This document shows positions 27,964-33,834 of a stretch of DNA of 33,834 bases, piece by piece (the first letter of the stretch is position 1; every line of letters begins with the position of its first letter). The position numbers were made by a program, and so were the translations under genes. The notes under the pieces were generated by a model. The model saw nothing but the letters and a program-made list of their open reading frames with translations. It did not search any database and was not told the DNA's origin. The DNA comes from a virus (lineage: Duplodnaviria > Caudoviricetes): IMG/VR virus record IMGVR_UViG_3300046806_000620, positions 1 through 33,834 of that record. One strand, 5' to 3'.

Positions 27964-28419
27964 ATGATAGTAGTTTTTTATGGCCAACCTAGCTCAGGTA
28001 AGACTACTTTGGCTAAATTGCTTCAAGAAAGGATTTTCTTACAAAATCAACCAACCCCTGTTATCATAGATGGAGATGAAATTCGTGCTATTTTTAAAGA
28101 TACTGACTATTCAAAAGAAGGTCGAATAAATAACCTAAGAAGGATTAGTGATATAGCTACTTTTTTGGAAAGTAAGTATAACTTAGTGATTATCAGTGCA
28201 GTATATCCTATTCAAGCATCAAGAGAATATTTGGATGGTATGTGTAATAATGTACTTTGGGTTCATTTATTCAATGTTGATTTTAGAGAAAAGCAAGAAT
28301 TTCATGTAAAAGATTTTGACCTCCCTTATTTTGAAGCTAGAAAGAATTGTTCTATAAATACTACAAATTTTACTCCTGAAATGTGTATTGAGAGAATATT
28401 AGATTATATGTCTTTATAA
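27964..28419 (+). CDS. cysC: Adenylyl-sulfate (APS) kinase-like protein
   Basis: P-loop GQPSSGKTTLA, IDGDEIR, DYSKEGRINNLRR; short phage-type version. Confidence 0.75.
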   Translation: MIVVFYGQPSSGKTTLAKLLQERIFLQNQPTPVIIDGDEIRAIFKDTDYSKEGRINNLRRISDIATFLESKYNLVIISAVYPIQASREYLDGMCNNVLWVHLFNVDFREKQEFHVKDFDLPYFEARKNCSINTTNFTPEMCIERILDYMSL

Positions 28420-28497
28420 GTAATCATTAAATATTACTCAATTTTTAGTATATAAATCTAAAATTGTACTATTTTTATACTAAATATTTAAGTGTTT

Positions 28498-28800
28498 ATG
28501 GCTGCTCCTGCTAAAAAGACAACAACTAGAACTGTAAGCTCAAGTGAAAACTTGACTGTGAGAGTTAATCATATTGAGAAAACTATGATGAAAATTAGTC
28601 CTCAAATTGATGAAATTTATAAAGTTATTGTAGGGAATGAAGCTTTTCAACAGGAAGGGTTGATTTCAAGAGTTAAAAAATTAGAAGACCAAAACGAAAA
28701 AAGTAATGCTCTTAGAAATAAATTAATGGGTGCATTTGTTGTAGGTGGTGCAGTTTGGACAGTATTATGGGAAATAATTAAAAATAACTTTTTGAAATGA
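28498..28800 (+). CDS. Coiled-coil protein with C-terminal TM (possible lysis accessory)
   Basis: ATG at 28498 preferred over GTG 28492; GN...GLISRVKKLE followed by MGAFVVGGAVWTVLW. Confidence 0.7.
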   Translation: MAAPAKKTTTRTVSSSENLTVRVNHIEKTMMKISPQIDEIYKVIVGNEAFQQEGLISRVKKLEDQNEKSNALRNKLMGAFVVGGAVWTVLWEIIKNNFLK

Positions 28801-29228
28801 TACCTAAAGGAGACCCTAAAGCAATAAATCCTATTCAAAAGATATTTTCTGATGGGGACTTAAAAAAAATAGGTACTGCACAAACAATTGGACAGTTTGC
28901 TGAAATAGGGGCTGCTTTGGCAGGGGGTTTTGCTGCTTTAAATGATGCTAAAAAAGCTCAACAGTTTCAAAACTATTTGTCTAATCTTAGCGATGACCAA
29001 CAACAAGCTTTGATTAATTCAATAGAAAAAGCTAAAACAGAGGAAGAGACTTATAGAATTATTGCTGCTGTTATACAAAATGCACAATCAAAAAGGGTTG
29101 AAAACCTTGCAGGTGTGATAGTTAAACAAGAGCAGATAAATAGAAACATTAGAATAGAGAAAATAGTTATTATATCATTATTAGGTTTACTAGCTATAGG
29201 TTTAATTTATTCAAGAAAAAAAGATTAA
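28797..29228 (+). CDS. Helical membrane protein with C-terminal anchor, paralogue of 29731-30081
   Basis: AGGFAALNDAKK.QQFQ..LS.L..DQQ.AL...I.KA; C-terminal TM. Confidence 0.8.
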   Translation: MIPKGDPKAINPIQKIFSDGDLKKIGTAQTIGQFAEIGAALAGGFAALNDAKKAQQFQNYLSNLSDDQQQALINSIEKAKTEEETYRIIAAVIQNAQSKRVENLAGVIVKQEQINRNIRIEKIVIISLLGLLAIGLIYSRKKD

Positions 29229-29728
29229 TGCAAAACGAAACCATAAAAAGAGAAAATGACCAAAGGATTGATGAATTAGAAGCGGCAATAGTAGATAATT
29301 TGGAATTAATAGAATGTCCCGTAGTACATAGATTTACAGATGGAATGTACATAAGGGAAATATCTATGCCAAAAGGTTCTTTGCTAACTAGCAAAATTCA
29401 TAATTCTAATCATCCATACACTATTTCGAAAGGAGTAGCCTTGGTACAAATTGATGCGGGAGAATGGATTGAGTTAGCGGCCCCTTATACGGGTATAACT
29501 TTAGCGGGAACTAGAAGAGTTTTATTTATTGAAGAAGATTGTATTTGGACAACATATCATCCATTAGAAGATATGAAGTTGACTTACAATGATTTGACTG
29601 AAGAAGAAAAACAAAACATAGTAGATGAAATTGAAAATGAAATAATAGAACCGCATGTAAACTATCTTACAGGTACTAATATTCATTTAGATTATAAAGA
29701 AAAGATTGATAAAAATAAAATTGGATAA
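29228..29728 (+). CDS. Phage cupin-fold protein
   Basis: HRFTDGMYIREISMPKG....KIH...H....KG, APY, GTRR, EDCIWTTYH. Confidence 0.75.
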   Translation: MQNETIKRENDQRIDELEAAIVDNLELIECPVVHRFTDGMYIREISMPKGSLLTSKIHNSNHPYTISKGVALVQIDAGEWIELAAPYTGITLAGTRRVLFIEEDCIWTTYHPLEDMKLTYNDLTEEEKQNIVDEIENEIIEPHVNYLTGTNIHLDYKEKIDKNKIG

Positions 29729-29730
29729 TT

Positions 29731-30081
29731 ATGGCATGGTTAATGACAGGAGCAGCAGTTGTATCAGCAGGTACCGCAGTAGCGGGTACCATAGCAAGTA
29801 CAAGAGATTCTAGGTTAAGAACCCAATATGAACAAAATCTAAGTCTTTTAGACTACGACCAAAAAAAGCAATTAAACAATGCTTTGATAAAAGCACAAGA
29901 TGAAACATCTAGGCAGCAAATATTAGCTAATGCTTTAGGTGGAGTTAGTCAAGCTAGAGTACAAACTTTTGGCAATATTGCATTAGAAAGAGAAAAAACT
30001 AACCAAGTTGTAACTATTTTAGGAGTTGTTGCAGGTATTGGTCTTTTAGGTTTCTTATTATTTACAGCTAAAAAATCATAA
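29731..30081 (+). CDS. Membrane protein with hydrophobic Ala/Gly-rich N-terminus and C-terminal anchor
   Basis: MAWLMTGAAVVSAGTAVAG; C-terminal ILGVVAGIGLLGFLLF-TAKK. Confidence 0.8.
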   Translation: MAWLMTGAAVVSAGTAVAGTIASTRDSRLRTQYEQNLSLLDYDQKKQLNNALIKAQDETSRQQILANALGGVSQARVQTFGNIALEREKTNQVVTILGVVAGIGLLGFLLFTAKKS

Positions 30082-30082
30082 A

Positions 30083-30445
30083 ATGGAAGTGTTACAAGGA
30101 CAAATATTTACGCCAAATAAAAAAACTATATTGGCTGATGAGATTAAAATTGAGTTGGAAAATCTAAATAAAGCTATTGCCAAAGGTGGTATCGATGCAG
30201 GTCAAAAACAAGCTATAGATTCTAGTAAATTAGCATTACAAAAAGTTCTAACTAGTATATTAACAAAAAGAGGAGTAGTAACTCCTGATGAAACTGATGA
30301 TGCTTTAAAGAAAATAGATGAAGCTAAAAAAGCAAGACTAAAAAATGATTTTTATGGTAGCATCAAAAAATATGGTTTATATATTGCTATTGCAGTAGCC
30401 GCAGGTGTTGGATTATATTATTATACAAAAAAGAGTGCAAAATGA
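30083..30445 (+). CDS. Helical membrane protein with C-terminal anchor
   Basis: YGLYIAIAVAAGVGLYYY-TKK. Confidence 0.8.
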   Translation: MEVLQGQIFTPNKKTILADEIKIELENLNKAIAKGGIDAGQKQAIDSSKLALQKVLTSILTKRGVVTPDETDDALKKIDEAKKARLKNDFYGSIKKYGLYIAIAVAAGVGLYYYTKKSAK

Positions 30446-30774
30446 ATACAAATGTAAAAAAGCTGTTATTAATTTTTGGTGGTGGATTTTTGCTTTTTTG
30501 GGCTTTTAAAAAAATAAAGCCCATTGATGTTAAAAAGAAGACCAATAAAAAAACTGATTCAAATGCTTCTGCTGATGGAAATTCAGAAGAAAAAACAAAA
30601 AATGCTAAAATATGTATGAAAGCATTTATAGAAGCAAAAAAAGCAGGAGAATCAAAAGAGTTTTTAGCTGATATGAATAGAGAATTTGCTAAAGAGTATG
30701 GCTTAAAAATTATGCCAAATAAAACAGATGGTAGATTATTTGTATCTGACACAGAAGGTAATAAAGTTATATAA
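30442..30774 (+). CDS. Membrane protein with N-terminal anchor
   Basis: KK-LLLIFGGGFLLFWAF-KK; ATGA overlap. Confidence 0.8.
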   Translation: MNTNVKKLLLIFGGGFLLFWAFKKIKPIDVKKKTNKKTDSNASADGNSEEKTKNAKICMKAFIEAKKAGESKEFLADMNREFAKEYGLKIMPNKTDGRLFVSDTEGNKVI

Positions 30775-30785
30775 CTTATTAAAGA

Positions 30786-31457
30786 ATGGCACAAGAACAA
30801 CCATTAGCATTAACGAAGGAACAATTACTTCAATTTCAGATAGTGAATAATACAAATTTTCCTATTCCTAATGTGCCGTTTCTAACAGCTAATGTTACTT
30901 TTAATTCTACTACTCAATATCAATGGGCTTTACCTCCTAATCTTAATATTCCAACAGTAATTACACCTGTAGTAACTATTTTGACTACACCTGCTTTACA
31001 AGCAGTCGTTCCTATTGATATTGATACAGCTTTTTCGCCTACTTATGCAGCAATAACTGAATCTATTTCAACTAATAATTATGGAACTAATTTCTTTTAT
31101 GCTCAATCATCAAATTGTGCTCAAGTTTCTCAAGTAAATACTTATATTGATAGTGATATTGCAGGTAATGCAACAGTTATAGCTTTACCATTTACTTTAG
31201 ACCCATATCAATCACAATGTGTTGTTTACTACTATCCGCCTGAGAATCTAGTTACTTTTAATGGAACAAGTTCATTAAATTTCACTATGCTTGAAAATAC
31301 TACATTGAATTTAAAAGTATTTTCTAGTAGTACTTCTCCTTCACAGATATTAGATGAAATTTCAGGATATAAAGATAATGCTTTTACAGAAGTTGAACAA
31401 GCATTAGGTACAGATGTATTTACCGATTATTGTAACTATTTAATTGATACCGAATAA
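30786..31457 (+). CDS. Beta-rich putative virion structural protein (possible jelly-roll fold)
   Basis: Low-charge, Thr/Asn/aromatic-rich strand pattern; coupled by TAATG to the spike-like gene. The fold is inference only. Confidence 0.6.
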   Translation: MAQEQPLALTKEQLLQFQIVNNTNFPIPNVPFLTANVTFNSTTQYQWALPPNLNIPTVITPVVTILTTPALQAVVPIDIDTAFSPTYAAITESISTNNYGTNFFYAQSSNCAQVSQVNTYIDSDIAGNATVIALPFTLDPYQSQCVVYYYPPENLVTFNGTSSLNFTMLENTTLNLKVFSSSTSPSQILDEISGYKDNAFTEVEQALGTDVFTDYCNYLIDTE

Positions 31458-33834
31458 TGCCAAGTTTTACTATTAATGTTAATGGGGAAAATTATACCGT
31501 AGGCTACGATGGAACATTCGATAGCCCACAGGGATTAATTCCTGCATTAAATAATTTAGGCTTTGGTATATTTTGGATAGAACAAATTGGTGGCGTAAAT
31601 GTATTGACAACTGTAGACGATGATGATGTATGGGGTACTGCTGAAACTAATTCAGACCCAACTACAACAAGTACAACCACAACCACAACAACTACTTTTA
31701 TTCCTATTCCAAGTACGACTAGTACTACGACTACTACAACAACAGAAGCTCCTACAACTAGTACTACGACTACTACAACAACAGAAGCTCCTACAACTAG
31801 TACTACGACTACTACAACAACAGAAGCTCCTACAACTAGTACTACGACTACTACAACAACAGAAGCTCCTACTACAAGTACGACAACAACTACTACAACA
31901 GAAGCTCCTACTACAAGTACGACAACAACTACTACAACAGAAGCTCCTACTACAAGTACGACAACAACTACAACTACTATTTGTGCAAATTACATTAATA
32001 GTATCATTATTTCTAATGGCTCATATACTGCTGCTAATGGAACTTATACAAGAGATAATCCTTCAGCAGCTTTTACACTAACAGGTGGAAGTGGTTCTAT
32101 ATTCTTTGGTGGAGATGCTTGGTATATTTACAATACTGCAATTGGGAATGTTGCGAGAAATACTTCTGAATTAGGTACAGGAACTTGGGAAGCTTGGCCT
32201 GTTGGAAATTCAACAGGAATTACTGCAGAGTATTCTAGTTATATTTGTCCAACAACGACTACGACTACTAGTACTACGACTACTACAACGACTTTATTTG
32301 CTCAAACCGTAAATTATGCAAGTAATGCAACTAATGCTTGTTTAAATCCAACAGGTACTCAAAATGTAGTAGGTAATGCTGTAGATTTTTGTAATTGTAC
32401 AATATTTACTTCAAATGGATTTGCTACACTTCCTGATGGAAATTATGTTTTAGCATATAGCGGTAATACTTTAGATATTAATATTTCAGGATTTCCTACA
32501 ATAACTGCAACTGTTACGGGTGGAGGATGTAGTGCATGTCCTTTAAGCACCTCTACTACTACAACTAGTACTACTTTACAACAAGTTTGGTATCAATTAA
32601 CAAATTGTAACGGTGGTGGAACAGTATATACAACAAATTATGATATTGGATATGCTGCCGTAACAGACAGGGTATTTGGTACAGTTTTAGGAGTGCCATC
32701 AACATTAGTGGTAGCTAGTGTATTATTCAGCGACCCTTCAGGAACACAAATAGGCATTGTTAATTCAGGTTTGACAGGATGCCCTGCTTCTACTACAACT
32801 ACTACAACTACTACAACATTACCTCCTGTAACTTTAGATTTAACAGCTACATGTACAGGTCTTACTCAAACTATAACAATAGATAATTTTGCAGGTGGAG
32901 ATGGAACTACATATTATGCAAACGATACAACTTATGATAATCCTGCATTAGCAGCAGGTGGTGCTACAAGTATAATTGTAGGTGGAACAAGAACTTATAC
33001 AACTCAACCTAATGGAACAAGATATATTTATGTATTTAGTTCAACTAGAAATACAGTTAAACAAGGCGGACAAGTTGATTGTGTAAGTACTACTACTACT
33101 ACTACTACAACAACTCAACCTCCTTATACATATTATGTTGCAACAAGATGTGATGTCCCACTATTAGAACAATACTTTAGAACAACAGGTTCATATACTG
33201 CAGGAGAATCTGTTAGATATAATGGATATTGTTGGGAAATTCAAGCGGTACAAGGAGCATCAGGAGTAGACCCTGACAGTTCATATATTAATTGTGCAGC
33301 TTGTAATGGAGCATTTCCTACTACAACTACCTCAACGACTACCACATCTACAACAGAACCTCCTGTAACTGCTAATATTAGCTCCGTTTGTACAGGAATT
33401 ACTCAAACTATAACAGTTGATACCTTTGGTGGTGGAGATGGCACTACTTATTTTGCAAATACTACTACTTACCCTGACCCTGTAAGTGCGGCTGCAGGTG
33501 CTACAAGTATAATTGTAGGTGGAACAAGAACTTATACAACTCAACCTAACGGAACGAGATATGTTTATATAACATCAGGAACTAGAAATGATATGAAGCA
33601 AGGTGGTCAAACTTGTACTACAACTACAACAACAACTCAACCTCCTTATGTATACTATGTTGCAACAAGATGTGATGTCCCACTATTAGAACAATATTTT
33701 AGAACAACAGGTACATATACTGCAGGAGAATCTGTTAGATATAATGGATATTGTTGGGAAATTCAAGCGGTACAAGGAGCATCAGGAGTAGACCCTGACA
33801 GTTCATATATTAATTGTGCAGCTTGTAATGGAGC
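31457..33834 (+). CDS. Large Thr-rich, Cys-module surface/spike protein, 3' truncated (absent from ORF track)
   Basis: Manual translation from ATG 31457 (MPSFTINVNGENY...) shows no stop to the window end (about 790 codons); poly-Thr linkers alternate with Cys-flanked beta modules. Confidence 0.9.
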   Translation, partial: MPSFTINVNGENYTVGYDGTFDSPQGLIPALNNLGFGIFWIEQIGGVNVLTTVDDDDVWGTAETNSDPTTTSTTTTTTTTFIPIPSTTSTTTTTTTEAPTTSTTTTTTTEAPTTSTTTTTTTEAPTTSTTTTTTTEAPTTSTTTTTTTEAPTTSTTTTTTTEAPTTSTTTTTTTICANYINSIIISNGSYTAANGTYTRDNPSAAFTLTGGSGSIFFGGDAWYIYNTAIGNVARNTSELGTGTWEAWPVGNSTGITAEYSSYICPTTTTTTSTTTTTTTLFAQTVNYASNATNACLNPTGTQNVVGNAVDFCNCTIFTSNGFATLPDGNYVLAYSGNTLDINISGFPTITATVTGGGCSACPLSTSTTTTSTTLQQVWYQLTNCNGGGTVYTTNYDIGYAAVTDRVFGTVLGVPSTLVVASVLFSDPSGTQIGIVNSGLTGCPASTTTTTTTTTLPPVTLDLTATCTGLTQTITIDNFAGGDGTTYYANDTTYDNPALAAGGATSIIVGGTRTYTTQPNGTRYIYVFSSTRNTVKQGGQVDCVSTTTTTTTTTQPPYTYYVATRCDVPLLEQYFRTTGSYTAGESVRYNGYCWEIQAVQGASGVDPDSSYINCAACNGAFPTTTTSTTTTSTTEPPVTANISSVCTGITQTITVDTFGGGDGTTYFANTTTYPDPVSAAAGATSIIVGGTRTYTTQPNGTRYVYITSGTRNDMKQGGQTCTTTTTTTQPPYVYYVATRCDVPLLEQYFRTTGTYTAGESVRYNGYCWEIQAVQGASGVDPDSSYINCAACNG
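31718..31979 (+). repeat. 39-bp coding tandem repeat ([13 protein letters not shown]), six EAP units
   Basis: ACAGAAGCTCCT at 31742, 31781, 31820, 31859, 31898 and 31937 (exact 39-nt period). Confidence 0.95.
32820..33834 (+). repeat. Tandem duplication of a two-module unit of about 530 nt
   Basis: PPVT...CTG.TQTIT...GGDGTTY and YYVATRCDVPLLEQYF...CAACNG both recur; offsets are 537 nt (32960/33497) and 522 nt (33134/33656). Confidence 0.95.

Larger units (their letters stand above)
1..33834. mobile_element. Segment of an uncharacterised bacterial virus (phage or provirus) genome: structural and fibre-modification region
   Basis: S74-chaperone fibres, PG-binding protein, phage-type oxygenase/GT/sulfotransferase cluster, many short hypothetical genes with TAATG/ATGA coupling, and no housekeeping genes. 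No capsid or terminase hallmark was recognised with certainty. Confidence 0.85.

Noticed and set aside
17251-28419. Cellular LPS/capsule biosynthesis locus
   Set aside because: No wzx/wzy/ABC exporter or nucleotide-sugar genes, and the cluster is flanked by viral fibre genes.
31718-31979. Possible CRISPR array
   Set aside because: Head-to-tail 39-bp units with no unique spacers, in-frame coding, and no cas genes.
31620-32081. 153-aa Leu/Gln-rich ORF in the track
   Set aside because: Shifted-frame shadow of the Thr repeat; the real frame starts at 31457.
2029-33544. Short antisense or nested ORFs of 60-140 aa in the track (e.g. 2029, 4366, 5583, 19975, 22114, 30387, 33332)
   Set aside because: Fully overlap better-supported genes and carry no motifs.
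33134-33834. Possible DGR template/variable repeat pair
   Set aside because: Both copies lie in one reading frame, there are only about two differences with no adenine-specific pattern, and no reverse transcriptase is in the window.
1-33834. Eukaryotic or giant-virus origin suggested by collagen, mucin and annexin-like features
   Set aside because: Operonic overlaps, a PG-binding domain and S74 chaperones indicate a bacterial virus.

Overview
AT-rich, gene-dense window with overlapping or abutting genes (TAATG/ATGA junctions), A-rich start regions and no Shine-Dalgarno motifs. It is best read as part of an uncharacterised bacterial virus genome, and the translation signals suggest a Bacteroidota host (inference). 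No terminase, portal, tail tube, integrase, polymerase or RNA gene was recognised. There are four blocks. (1) 15-8526: about 20 small genes, mostly single-pass membrane proteins, including a peptidoglycan-binding protein, a HExxH metallopeptidase, an annexin-like protein, a LEA_2 protein and a paralogous helical-hairpin family. (2) 8533-16621: a 1328-aa, nearly proline-free Gly-X-Y (Ser/Thr) collagen-like fibre plus three paralogous collagen fibres ending in peptidase S74 chaperones. All four share one beta domain (3 internal and 3 N-terminal copies). (3) 16651-28419: a modification cassette of seven 2OG-Fe(II) oxygenase-like genes, four glycosyltransferase genes (one an Aah/TibC-like protein O-heptosyltransferase homologue), a sulfotransferase and an APS kinase. 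Most of it is on the minus strand and bracketed by a perfect 17-bp inverted repeat. (4) 28498-end: more membrane proteins, a cupin, a beta-rich putative capsid-type protein and a Thr-rich, Cys-module surface protein that runs off the window and is missing from the ORF track. The leading hypothesis is a membrane-containing virus that hydroxylates, glycosylates and sulfates its own collagen/mucin-like fibres. All family assignments are from motif recognition by eye, not from database searches.
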